This document shows, in pieces, positions 39,288 to 48,727 of a stretch of DNA of 64,000 nt (its first letter is position 1; each line of letters begins with the position of its first letter). The translations under genes were made by a program, and so were the position numbers. The stretch is from the NCBI GenBank assembly GCA_965208575.1, contig CBDBOV010000005.1, positions 1,088,001-1,152,000 on the forward strand, read 5' to 3'. The stretch comes from Spirochaetia bacterium (lineage in GTDB: Bacteria > Spirochaetota > Spirochaetia > SZUA-6 > Bin103). The notes beneath the pieces are model-generated. The model was not told the DNA's origin. It ran no database searches and was given only the letters and a program-made list of their open reading frames with translations.

Positions 39288-40370
39288 TCAACTCCAGCGC
39301 GGTTTGAGCACGTGGTAGCCCTGGTGCGCACTGAGCTTGCGCGCGATCTCGGCGACCTGCGCATTGGGGTCGTACAGCGCCAGCTCGAACAGTCGGCGGT
39401 GCTGCCGCGGGTCGAACCGGGCCAGCTCGCGCGCCGCGGCGAGCCGAACCACGTCGTCGGGATCTCGCAGGCCGCGCATGCACCACTCCGCGCCATCCCC
39501 GCCGCCGAGATGCGACAGTCCGGCGACGGCGGCGGCACGTAGCCCCTTGTGACTACACCGCGCATACGGCACGAGCAGGTGCGCATCGCCATCGTCGGTG
39601 CGCGCGATCAGCTCCAGGGCAGTGCGGCGCACGTTGTGGTCGTCGTCGCCGAGCATCAGCGCGCACCAGTCGACCAGGTCGGGGTCGCCGGCGCGGTTCA
39701 GGCGGCGCAGGCCGCGCAGCCGGCGCCGGGCGCTGCCCGATGCGAGTGCCTCCTCCACCTCGTCGGTGACCTCCTCGCTGCCCGCCGATTGCTCCAGGTC
39801 GGGGAGCACGGTCAGTTCGGCGGCGTGCCGGTGGACCCGCAGGGTCGCAGGATCTATCGACAGGTTCCGGAACCACTCCGGCAGCCAGCCGGCGGCGCGC
39901 TCCAGGATTTCGGCGTCGCGCAGGCGCGAGCGCGGCTGTGACATGCGCCGGTTCCGGATCCAGCGCGCCAGCCGTACCAGGCCCGGGTCGCCGCGGCCGA
40001 TGCCGCGATACGGCTTGAGCCCAAGCACGTTGTTCAGCCATGCCGCCAGCTCCGGCTCCGAGGAGGGCGGGTCCCACACCCCGGGTGCGTTGCGCAGCAC
40101 AGTGACCGGCAGGCTGCCGTTGATCGAGACGATGCCCGCGCGGTACACCACCCGTCCGGTGCCAAGCTTGCGGCGCAGCGCCGCCAAGTCGAGCTCGCAC
40201 TGCAGCACCACCGGGCGGCTGCCGCTGCGCCGCGCCTTCACCTTGGCGCGGCGCAGCGCGTAGCCCTTGCTCTGCGCGAACCACACGCGCCGCGACGGCT
40301 TGCGCGGCGCGAACCCCTCCAGGGCGATCTGCTCGGCGCTGCGCCGCGTGGTGCCGTGGTACAGCAGCAT
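39288..40370 (-). CDS. Hypothetical protein: N-terminal ADP-ribosyltransferase-like fold plus C-terminal HEAT repeats
   Basis: LYHGT..GF..VWFA..YA N-terminus; LGDDDHNVR, LRDPDDVVR, LYDPNAQVA HEAT/PBS-like repeats. Confidence 0.65.
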   Translation of the reverse strand: MLLYHGTTRRSAEQIALEGFAPRKPSRRVWFAQSKGYALRRAKVKARRSGSRPVVLQCELDLAALRRKLGTGRVVYRAGIVSINGSLPVTVLRNAPGVWDPPSSEPELAAWLNNVLGLKPYRGIGRGDPGLVRLARWIRNRRMSQPRSRLRDAEILERAAGWLPEWFRNLSIDPATLRVHRHAAELTVLPDLEQSAGSEEVTDEVEEALASGSARRRLRGLRRLNRAGDPDLVDWCALMLGDDDHNVRRTALELIARTDDGDAHLLVPYARCSHKGLRAAAVAGLSHLGGGDGAEWCMRGLRDPDDVVRLAAARELARFDPRQHRRLFELALYDPNAQVAEIARKLSAHQGYHVLKPRWS

Positions 40371-40374
40371 GCGG

Positions 40375-40953
40375 CTACCCGCCGCGCTCCCAGCGGTAGT
40401 GGTACGAAACCGGCGGCGTGTGCTTGTCGAACCACTGCCGCCCGGCGTGGTCCAGCTTCCGGTATGCCTGCGCGGTCAGCACCACGCCGCGTCCGCCGAG
40501 CCGTGCGGCCACGTTCACCGCCTTGCCGATCACGTCGTAGCGGCGCAGCCCCGGCGGCCCGAACTCGCCGCTCACCACGGCGCCGAAGTGCACCTGCGCG
40601 CTCAAATGGGCGTCGAATCGGTGCTCGCGGGCCAGCCGGCGCACCGCTCCGGCGAACTCGCACAGCGCCTGCACCCCGTCGGCCATCCCGGCCGCAGGGA
40701 TCACGCACAGGCCCTCGGCGCCGTTCAGCTTCACCAGCCGCGCGCCGGCTCCGGCAATCGTGCTGCCGGCCAATTCGTAGTAGGACTGCAGAAACCGGGC
40801 GACGCGCCGGTCCTCGCTGGCCGAGTGCCACTCGCGAAGCCGGCCGAGGCCGAAAAAGGCGACCCCCAGTTCCTCGTTCTGCCACGGAACCGGAGGCGTG
40901 CTCACAGACGTGGATTGGACATCGCCAACCCCGCCGGCGGGTAGATCTGACAT
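40375..40953 (-). CDS. Stand-alone class III nucleotidyl cyclase-like protein with degenerate metal site
   Basis: VHFG.VVSGEFG..RYDVIGKAVNVAARL; the expected FxD and GD positions read FFG and GA. Confidence 0.75.
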   Translation of the reverse strand: MSDLPAGGVGDVQSTSVSTPPVPWQNEELGVAFFGLGRLREWHSASEDRRVARFLQSYYELAGSTIAGAGARLVKLNGAEGLCVIPAAGMADGVQALCEFAGAVRRLAREHRFDAHLSAQVHFGAVVSGEFGPPGLRRYDVIGKAVNVAARLGGRGVVLTAQAYRKLDHAGRQWFDKHTPPVSYHYRWERGG

Positions 40954-41060
40954 GGTGCGCTCCTGATAAGGCGTATACTGACGACGAATCTGGGCAACCA
41001 TCGGCCGCCCACCCGCGCCATCCTCAATCTACCATCGCTCAAGGCGGAGCTGCAATGCCT

Positions 41061-41387
41061 TCATGTGCCGATGCGGGAGCGCTCGGCGTCGATGAATTCA
41101 CGCGGCGACACGACACGCACGCCGGCTCGGCGGTCAGGTGGGAAGTGATCGCCGTTCCCGGATACCAGGTACTCCGCCCGCGCCGCGACCGCCACTTCGA
41201 GAAACGGCTCGTCATCGGGATCCGGAAGGCGCACCGTCAATGGGACCGGTGAGGCCAGCACGCCTCCCGCTTCGATCTGGGCCGTCAGCGCACTGATCTC
41301 GTCCCGGCTGAACGGGAAAGCCTCCCGGTTGAGCACCTCGGTGTATTCGGCAACGATCCTGGCGTCATAGCAAATATTCAGCCGGCC
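41061..41387 (-). pseudogene. 3' remnant of a PIN-domain toxin
   Basis: EYTEVLNR..LPDPDDEPFLEVA..LVSGN; N-terminal DTN motif missing. Confidence 0.75.
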
Positions 41388-41974
41388 TGTTCGCTATGCT
41401 CGTCGCCCAGTTCGAGAAAGTCGAAGGTGTACTCGTCGCGGACCGCCAGGTGCGCCTGGGCGCGCAGTTCCGGTGTGACCGTCCGATCGAAGTTGGTCTG
41501 GCCCAGCAGGTACTTCCGGTAGCTCTGGTTCTCGATCTGGTGCATGAGAACGTTTTTGGTCCAGCCGAACTTGCGCGTCATGCGGATGTAAAACTCGCGC
41601 TCCAGCGGCTCCTTGCAGCGCCCCATGATCACCAGGTTCTTGCTCCAACTGATTTCTCCAACCAGCAGTTGGAGTTTCGGGTCCTCGTGATACTCCAGGA
41701 AGAACTGCCGCATGTACCAGAGATTCTGAGCGGAATACCCCGGTACGCCGGGAAACTCAGCCTGCAGGTCCTTGGCGAGCTGCTCGACCACCGACTTTCC
41801 CCAGGCTTGAGCCCTTTGCCGCTCCACGATCGTGCGGCCGATGTCCCAGTACAGACCGACCAGTTCCTTGTTCACCGCGTTCAGCGCGGCATACCGGGCC
41901 GCACGGACCCGTTCCTTCACTTCCGCCAGAAGGCTCACATAATCCGCCGGCAGTCGCGACCCGGTCTCACCCAT
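41378..41974 (-). pseudogene. 5' remnant of DUF1016/YhcG PD-(D/E)XK nuclease
   Basis: VNKELVGLYWDIG, WGKSVV, NLWYMRQF, TNFDRT, DEYTFDFL; ends before the nuclease domain. Confidence 0.85.
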
Positions 41975-42146
41975 GGCTGCCCGCCAGTGCCCAAGGGTAG
42001 TTGATGACAGGGCGAAAGACAGGTTCTTGGCGATCGTGCCGTGTAGAACTACTGGACGGAGCACCTGACGCTGTTGTCTGAGTGTACAGGCCCCGGGTCG
42101 GAAACGCGATCACCATCACACGCCGCCTATCACGATCTCACCCAGC

Positions 42147-43070
42147 CTAACCCTTGACGGCGCCGACGGTGAAGCCCTGGATGAGGCGGTCGAGGAACAG
42201 GTTGTATACCAGGCCGACCGGGATGGCGATGATCAGGGCGGAGGCGAGCAGCGGCTGCCAGAAGAACACGTCGCCGAGGATCAGCTCGGAGGGCACGCCG
42301 ACGCTCAGCGTGCGCCACTCGGAGCGGGTGATGAACACGAGGGCGTAGATGAACTCGTGCAGGGTGAGGGTGAAGCTGAACACGACCACGGAGATGATGC
42401 CGGGGCGGGCGAGTGGCAGCGCCACGCGCAGGAACGCGCCGTAGGGGTGGTAGCCGTCGCACAGCGCCGCCTCCTCGGTCTCCGGCGGGATCGACTTGAA
42501 GAAGCCCATCAGCAGCCAGGCGCTGAACGGCACCGTGATGGTGGGGTAGACCACGATCAGCGACAGCAGCGAGTTGCTCAGGCCGAGCGCGACGATGATC
42601 CGGAACAGGGGGATGAACAGCAGCGTCGGCGGCACCAGGTAGACGATGAACATCAGGATGCCTGCGCGTTCGCCCCAGCGTCCGGTGAGGCGCGCCAGCG
42701 AGTACGCCGCCGGCAGCGCCAGCAGCAGCGTGATGACCACCACCGACGCGCCCACCACCATCGAGTTGCGCACGAAGACCACGTAGTTGGTGTCGTTGAA
42801 CAGGTTGTCCAGGTGCTCCAGGGTGGGCGCCTCGGCGTAGTCGAACGGACTCGCGTCGCGCCGGTACAGGTCCTTGTCGGTCTGGAAGGTGGTGATGCCC
42901 ATCACCAGGAACGGCGCCGCGGCAACGAGGCAGAACAGCAGCACGGCCACGGTGTACAGCGTGCCCTTGACGACGCGCCGCGGACTGACGCGTGCGAACG
43001 AACCGGGGGCACGCGCCGGCGGCGCCGCCGCCCGGTCCGCGTGCGCACCCGGCGTCACGGAGGCCGCCAT
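42147..43070 (-). CDS. Carbohydrate ABC permease (MalG-like)
   Basis: GFFKSIP..EEAALCDG EAA motif. Confidence 0.9.
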   Translation of the reverse strand: MAASVTPGAHADRAAAPPARAPGSFARVSPRRVVKGTLYTVAVLLFCLVAAAPFLVMGITTFQTDKDLYRRDASPFDYAEAPTLEHLDNLFNDTNYVVFVRNSMVVGASVVVITLLLALPAAYSLARLTGRWGERAGILMFIVYLVPPTLLFIPLFRIIVALGLSNSLLSLIVVYPTITVPFSAWLLMGFFKSIPPETEEAALCDGYHPYGAFLRVALPLARPGIISVVVFSFTLTLHEFIYALVFITRSEWRTLSVGVPSELILGDVFFWQPLLASALIIAIPVGLVYNLFLDRLIQGFTVGAVKG

Positions 43071-44083
43071 CAGCGCACCTGCGCCCGGCTGGCGCCGCGC
43101 AGCATCACGATCGCCACCGCCAGCAGCACCGGAAAGATGAACAGCGCGATCGCCGCCCCCTGCGACAGGTTGCCGCCGTCGATGCCGACCAGGAAGCTGT
43201 ACATCGGCAACGTCAGCGTGTGGTTGATCGGCCCGCCGCGGGTCAGTACGTACACCACGGTCAGGTCGCCGAACGTGAAGATGAACGAGAACAGCAGCGA
43301 GTTGAGCATGATCGGCAGGATCAGCGGAAGCTTGACCTGGAACAGGGCGCGGAAGTAGCGCGCGCCGTCCGCCTTGGCCTGGTCGGACAGGTCGGTGGGG
43401 ATGCTCGACAGGCCGGCCATCAGGATCACCGTCGCCAGCGGCGTCATGCGCCACACGTGCACGAAGATGATCGACGCCTTGGCCAGGTAGGTCTTGCCCA
43501 GCCAGGTGAGGTTGCGGGAGGGCCCCCAGACGGTGCCCGGGCCGAGCAGGCCGATCTGCTCCAGCAGGTAGTCGATCGGGCTGTACTTGGAGTCGAACAT
43601 CCACAGCCAGCCGATCACGGACAGCGCCAGCGGCGTGGCCCACGGCATGATCAGCAGCAGGCGCGCGCCCCACATGCCGCCGCGCACCAGGCGGTTCTGC
43701 GGCAGCGGCGCGGTGAGAATCAGCGCCAGCATGTTGGCCAGGATCAGCACGAACACCTGGGCGACGATCGTGAACACGAAGGTGTTGCGCAGCGCGGCGT
43801 GGAAGTCGGGTGCGCTCAGCACGGTCTCGAAGTTGCGCAGGCCGGCGAATCGGAAGTCTGTGTTGCCGACCGTGGCGTCGCTCAGGCTGTAGGCGAACGC
43901 GGTGACGAACGGCACCCCGATCAGCAGCACGATGTACACCACCGCCGGCGCCAGGAACGCGAACCCCATCAGGCGCCGGTTGTCCAGCAGCCCGCCGGTC
44001 GCCGCCGCCACCGCCGCGTTGCCCGATGCGGGGGAGCCGTGCGGTCGCCGCTCCCCGTGTCTGTCCGTTGTGTTGCCGGTCAC
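43070..44083 (-). CDS. Carbohydrate ABC permease (MalF-like)
   Basis: FLAPA, GLRNF, AGLSSIP..AKADGA, LTRGGP. Confidence 0.9.
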   Translation of the reverse strand: MTGNTTDRHGERRPHGSPASGNAAVAAATGGLLDNRRLMGFAFLAPAVVYIVLLIGVPFVTAFAYSLSDATVGNTDFRFAGLRNFETVLSAPDFHAALRNTFVFTIVAQVFVLILANMLALILTAPLPQNRLVRGGMWGARLLLIMPWATPLALSVIGWLWMFDSKYSPIDYLLEQIGLLGPGTVWGPSRNLTWLGKTYLAKASIIFVHVWRMTPLATVILMAGLSSIPTDLSDQAKADGARYFRALFQVKLPLILPIMLNSLLFSFIFTFGDLTVVYVLTRGGPINHTLTLPMYSFLVGIDGGNLSQGAAIALFIFPVLLAVAIVMLRGASRAQVR

Positions 44084-44354
44084 GGCGCGGCGGTCCTGGG
44101 CGCGCCCTGTTCGGCGCCGCTGTCATTGCCCGACCGGGGCACGCCAGTCGTCGGGTCGCCGCAAAATTCGCAGCAGTCGGTTGGGGGGACGGCGCTGGAA
44201 CGACTGTGTCGCTGCCCGCCTCGGTCAGGCGGCTCTCGGGCCGCTGTCGACGCCGAGCCGAACGGGGCGGTTCGTGCCGCGGCGGCTGGGGGCACCGCTT
44301 GGATGGAGGGCACTGGTCGGCGGCCGTTCCGGATCTCGGTTCCGAGCGGACCGA

Positions 44355-45425
44355 TCATCGGTGCGCCCTCCCGCGGCGGACGCGGCCTGCGCCGTCCTCC
44401 GCGAGCCGAGTGCCGCTACGGCGGTCGAAGCGGTGCGCACGGGTAACCGCGAACGGGTAGGTGCGGCCGACCTCCAGCGCGATGGTGACATTGCTTGGCA
44501 GCCGCGCGAGGGTCAGGTGCGGGTTGCCCTGAGAGTCGTCGACGTGGCCGTACAGCAGCCGGTCGGCGCCCAGGTACTCCTGGCGCGTGACCTGGTAGTC
44601 GAAGCGCCACGTCGAGCCGGCGGGGGCCGCGCCGTCCTCCGCCGGCTGCAGGTGCTCGGGACGGAAGCCGAGCAGCTCGTCCTCGGCCACCGGCAGCAGG
44701 TTCATGCCCGGTGAGCCCAGGAAGGTGGCGACGAAGGTATTGGCCGGCTGGTCGTAGATTGCCTGCGGCGGTCCCACCTGCTGCACCAGGCCGTGCTCCA
44801 TCACCACGATGCGGTCGCCGAGGCCCATCGCCTCGATCTGGTCGTGGGTCACGAAGATGGTGGTGATGCCGAGCTCGCGCTGAAAGAATTTCAACTCGTC
44901 GCGGGCGTAGGCGCGCAGCTTGGCATCCAGGTTGCTGAGCGGCTCGTCGAGCAGCAGCACCTCCGGCTCGGTGACGATGGCGCGCGCGATCGCCACGCGC
45001 TGCCGTTCGCCGCCGGAGAGCTGGCGCGGGCGCCGGTCGAGGAGGTGGTCGATGCTCACCTTGCGCGCCGCCTGCAGCACCCGCTCGGCGCGCTCGTTGC
45101 GGTCCGGGCAGCGCCCCTGCGCCTTGAGCGGAAAGGCGATGTTGCCTGCCACCGTCATGTGCGGGTACAGCGCGTAGGACTGGAACACCATCGCGATGCC
45201 GCGCTTGCGCGGCGGCAGGGCGGTGACGTCGCGCTCACCGATGTGCACCCGCCCCGCGGACGGCGTCTCCAGGCCCGCCACGGTGCGCATCAGGGTGGTC
45301 TTGCCGCACCCGGACGGCCCGAGCACCACCAGGAATTCTCCCGACTCGACCTCCAGGTCCACCCCGGCCACGGCCACGACGTCGCCGAACCGCTTCACGA
45401 CCCCGGCCAAGCGAACCGCGCTCAT
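44355..45425 (-). CDS. Carbohydrate ABC ATPase (MalK-like)
   Basis: [35 protein letters not shown]. Confidence 0.95.
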   Translation of the reverse strand: MSAVRLAGVVKRFGDVVAVAGVDLEVESGEFLVVLGPSGCGKTTLMRTVAGLETPSAGRVHIGERDVTALPPRKRGIAMVFQSYALYPHMTVAGNIAFPLKAQGRCPDRNERAERVLQAARKVSIDHLLDRRPRQLSGGERQRVAIARAIVTEPEVLLLDEPLSNLDAKLRAYARDELKFFQRELGITTIFVTHDQIEAMGLGDRIVVMEHGLVQQVGPPQAIYDQPANTFVATFLGSPGMNLLPVAEDELLGFRPEHLQPAEDGAAPAGSTWRFDYQVTRQEYLGADRLLYGHVDDSQGNPHLTLARLPSNVTIALEVGRTYPFAVTRAHRFDRRSGTRLAEDGAGRVRRGRAHR

Positions 45426-45502
45426 ACGTGTTCCTCAGTACATCGTCCGGCACTCGCCAGAGTCATCGGCGGCTTTGCGACCTGGTCAGGCGCCAGCACG
45501 GA

Positions 45503-46105
45503 TCATGACAGGCTTCGCAACCGACTCAGGAGTTCCTTGGCGTGTGGACATGCAGCCTCCACGCAACTGGAGTTGAGCTTCGCCAAGAGGTCGAACGACA
45601 CTTTCCCTTTGTCGTAAGGAGGCGAACACCGAGCGGTCGCCGCTTGAAGCGCAGAGAGAACAGTCGTTTTCGGCACCTCCTCAAGCACGGGCCATGCTTT
45701 GAAGTGGCTCTCAACGAACTCGCGACCGAAGTATCCCCTCAACAGTTCGCGATCCGCGAGAAACCACGTCTCCATTGCCACCACCATGAGAAACGCTTGA
45801 TCGTCGCCTGCGCCGTCCGGTCGTGTCCAGCAATCACGGCTCTGCAGATGCTGCCATACGGTCGCCCCTTCCCTTACCCTGTCTTCGCTGTCTACGAGCA
45901 GGACTGGAAGCTTCCGAGCATGCGGGTTGCGAACTGCATGGGCGAACTTCTCGTACGTCTGGTCGCGGCCACCGCCACGCACAATGGCAGGCATGCGGCC
46001 GGACAGACCTGCCGATCTGAAGAATTCGCTCCAGGCTTTGCGGAATCTCTGCTCGTGCAGCTGCCCGTCGCCGCCACCCTCGATGAAGATCTGTGCGCTC
46101 ACCAT
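45503..46105 (-). CDS. DUF4276 family protein (TOPRIM/RloB-like)
   Basis: IFIEGGG, LLVDSE, METWFLAD, YDKG; overlaps the ATPase stop. Confidence 0.8.
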   Translation of the reverse strand: MVSAQIFIEGGGDGQLHEQRFRKAWSEFFRSAGLSGRMPAIVRGGGRDQTYEKFAHAVRNPHARKLPVLLVDSEDRVREGATVWQHLQSRDCWTRPDGAGDDQAFLMVVAMETWFLADRELLRGYFGREFVESHFKAWPVLEEVPKTTVLSALQAATARCSPPYDKGKVSFDLLAKLNSSCVEAACPHAKELLSRLRSLS

Positions 46106-47289
46106 CGGTTACCTCCGATGTCCCCGCTACTCCAGAGATCTCCCAGCGTTGCCGACGCGCCGAATTGCTCCAACCACTGCTTCAGGTGCGCTTCGTCCAA
46201 ACGCGTAAACTGCGATTCGCCATTCTCCCTGGCGCATACCACCACGGTCGAAGGGTGCTCGGTGAGCGCGTCCACCAGCATCCGAGAATGGGTCGTCACC
46301 ACGAGCTGCATGCGTCCGGACGCCTCGATCAAGAGTTCGGCAATCTCCGGGATCAGGTCCGGATGAAGCCCAAGCTCCGGTTCCTCGATCGCAACCAGCG
46401 GCGGAGGATCGGGATGCAACAGGATGGACAGGAGCGTCAGATAGCGCAGAGTACCGTCGGAAAGACGGGCCATGGTGATCAGACGCCCGCCGCTCTCCTT
46501 CAGAAAGAGCAGGAGGTTGCCGTCCCGAATCGTTGCGTAGATACCATCTACGTCTTCGTACAATTGGCGCAGCGCATCGACGAAGCGATTCTCGATGCGC
46601 GGCAGAATGTTGGACAGCACAAGAATCAGGTTGTTGGCGCCGTCGTCGAGGATGTCGTTTCTGCCGTGACTGCTCTGCATGCGCCGCAGTGGCGTAGACG
46701 GACCGAATGTCCAGTCTCGGTACAGGCGGATTCGTTCGTATTGTTCCTGGAGCCAGCCGAGAACCGGATACCGCTCCGGATCCTTCACCTGGGACAGAAT
46801 CGACTTCTCCGGCTTCACGCTCTCCCGTCGAAGCCCTCGAACTCCCGAGTCAACGATGACCGGCTCTCCGCGCTGATAGCGATAGAAGAAGAACGTGTCC
46901 TGAGAGCCTGGCCGCGGACGTTCGTGTTCGATTCGTTCGTCTGCGATCTCAAAACGTTCGCCATGCCGAGTAATCTCCAGGACGTGGCGTAGCGGCATCC
47001 GGGCGTGCGACGGAGACTCGATGACCGCGTCGACGGTCGCTACGCTCACCGCATTGGTCAGGGTGGGAACCGTCGGCGCTTTCCAGAGCCACTCCTGCAC
47101 GCCGCCCATCGCCTTGATCGGTGCCGGAAGATCATGCGGCGACGCGCGCAATAGCGCCAGCACCTCGAGCAGATTCGACTTCCCCGAACCGTTCGGACCA
47201 ATCAGGACGTTCAGCGGCTGCAGCGGCAGGTCGATCCCACCCGGCCCGAACGACAACAGGCCGGCTACCCTAAGCCGATGTATCAACAT
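46099..47289 (-). CDS. AAA_21/AAA_15-type ABC-family ATPase
   Basis: IGPNGSGKSN, LSDGT, IEEPELGLHP, TTHS; C-terminal LGDLWSSGDIGG. Confidence 0.9.
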   Translation of the reverse strand: MLIHRLRVAGLLSFGPGGIDLPLQPLNVLIGPNGSGKSNLLEVLALLRASPHDLPAPIKAMGGVQEWLWKAPTVPTLTNAVSVATVDAVIESPSHARMPLRHVLEITRHGERFEIADERIEHERPRPGSQDTFFFYRYQRGEPVIVDSGVRGLRRESVKPEKSILSQVKDPERYPVLGWLQEQYERIRLYRDWTFGPSTPLRRMQSSHGRNDILDDGANNLILVLSNILPRIENRFVDALRQLYEDVDGIYATIRDGNLLLFLKESGGRLITMARLSDGTLRYLTLLSILLHPDPPPLVAIEEPELGLHPDLIPEIAELLIEASGRMQLVVTTHSRMLVDALTEHPSTVVVCARENGESQFTRLDEAHLKQWLEQFGASATLGDLWSSGDIGGNRW

Positions 47290-47323
47290 GCCGCGCGGGA
47301 ACTCCTCTCTACGGGAGGACTGG

Positions 47324-48634
47324 TCAGCGCAGGTAGCCGCGGGCGCGCCAGTCGGCGAAGATCTCCTCGGCGCGCGCGTGCGCCTCGGCCACCGACTCTT
47401 CGGCGCTCTGCTCGCCCTTGGCCACGCGGGCCACCATGTTGACCACCAGGTTCTCGCCGAACGCCTGCATCACGGCCGGGTTGGCGGTGCCGGGGTAGCC
47501 GATGTACACCGACCACTCGTTCACCGTTTCCAGCACCTTGAGCTTGTCCGCCGGCTGCGAGCCGAACGGGTCGTTCGCCACCCAGCCGGACAACTCCGGC
47601 ACCGTGCTCGGGTAGCACGGGAAGTTGTACAACTCGGAGTGGTACACCGCATCGCTGTACGCCGCAGTGTGGTCGAGGATGAACTTCTTGGCCGCCTCCA
47701 GCTCGGCGCCCTGCACGTACGTGGGAATGACGTAGATCTGCCACACGTGACTGGATGCGAAGGCGCCGGCCGGGCCCGCGAGGGCCGGTACGAAGCCGAT
47801 GTCGGCGGCGGCTTCCTCGTCGATCTTCTGCAGCGAACGGTAGGCGGAGATCGAGTTGAGAATGTAGCTCAGCTCGCCGGCGATCAGCCCCTGGTTGTTG
47901 GAGGAGGCGGTCCAGCCGAACACTTCGTCGGTCATGGTGTCGTTCTGCAGCCTGGCGTAGTACTTGACCGCGGCGATGGTCTCCGGGGAGTTCAGCACCA
48001 CGTTCTCGTCCGCGTCCTGCACGCTGCCGCCGTGCGACCAGATCACGGCGCGCGTGGCCATGCGGCTGTCCAACTCGGGGCTCAAGCCGATGCCGACCGG
48101 GACGCCATGCTTCTCGTAGACGGCGAGGCCGCCCTCGTACAACTCGTCCCAGGTGGAAGGCCCGTCCGGCATGCCCACGTCCGCCCACAGGCTGATCTGG
48201 TAGTCGCCCGGATCGGGGATGTAGCCGTGGGTAAAGCCGACGTAGGTGTCGTTGATCGGCAGGTAGCTGGTCGCCTGACAGTTGGCCGTGCGCTCGCCGT
48301 GCGCGGCGGCCGCCGCCTCGTTGACGTCGTTGAGCGGATGCAGCCCTTCGATGAATGCGGTGGGCGGGAATACCATCTCGATGATGCTGTGCCCTTCACC
48401 CGCCTCGATGGCGGCGGTCAGCGCCGCCGGCAACTCCGCCACGTTGACGTGGTCGACGCGTACCTTGAGCCCGTTCGCCTTGCCCCAATCCTCGGCCCAG
48501 GCGTCGAACCACTTGTCGTAGCGCGGTACGAAGTGGCTCCACTGCAGGAGCGAAAGCTCCTGCGCCAGTGCCAGCGGTGCGCTGCCGGCCATCAGCAGCG
48601 CCACCGCCAACCGAAACACACGTGAAAGACCCAT
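47324..48634 (-). CDS. Carbohydrate ABC substrate-binding protein
   Basis: Signal peptide ALA-Q; LQWSHFVPRYD; GAAGGAGG RBS. Confidence 0.88.
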   Translation of the reverse strand: MGLSRVFRLAVALLMAGSAPLALAQELSLLQWSHFVPRYDKWFDAWAEDWGKANGLKVRVDHVNVAELPAALTAAIEAGEGHSIIEMVFPPTAFIEGLHPLNDVNEAAAAAHGERTANCQATSYLPINDTYVGFTHGYIPDPGDYQISLWADVGMPDGPSTWDELYEGGLAVYEKHGVPVGIGLSPELDSRMATRAVIWSHGGSVQDADENVVLNSPETIAAVKYYARLQNDTMTDEVFGWTASSNNQGLIAGELSYILNSISAYRSLQKIDEEAAADIGFVPALAGPAGAFASSHVWQIYVIPTYVQGAELEAAKKFILDHTAAYSDAVYHSELYNFPCYPSTVPELSGWVANDPFGSQPADKLKVLETVNEWSVYIGYPGTANPAVMQAFGENLVVNMVARVAKGEQSAEESVAEAHARAEEIFADWRARGYLR

Positions 48635-48727
48635 TTGGCCCTCCTTCAGGAAGTTATTCGGTTACTCTATCTCATAGCGATACGGCTGCCAAACACCGTG
48701 AGGGGCAACCGGGGCAACCGTGCAGCC

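Noticed and set aside
44084-44354. 270-bp gap between the ABC ATPase and permease as a possible ncRNA or repeat
   Set aside because: No convincing stem set or match to other parts of the window was found by eye.
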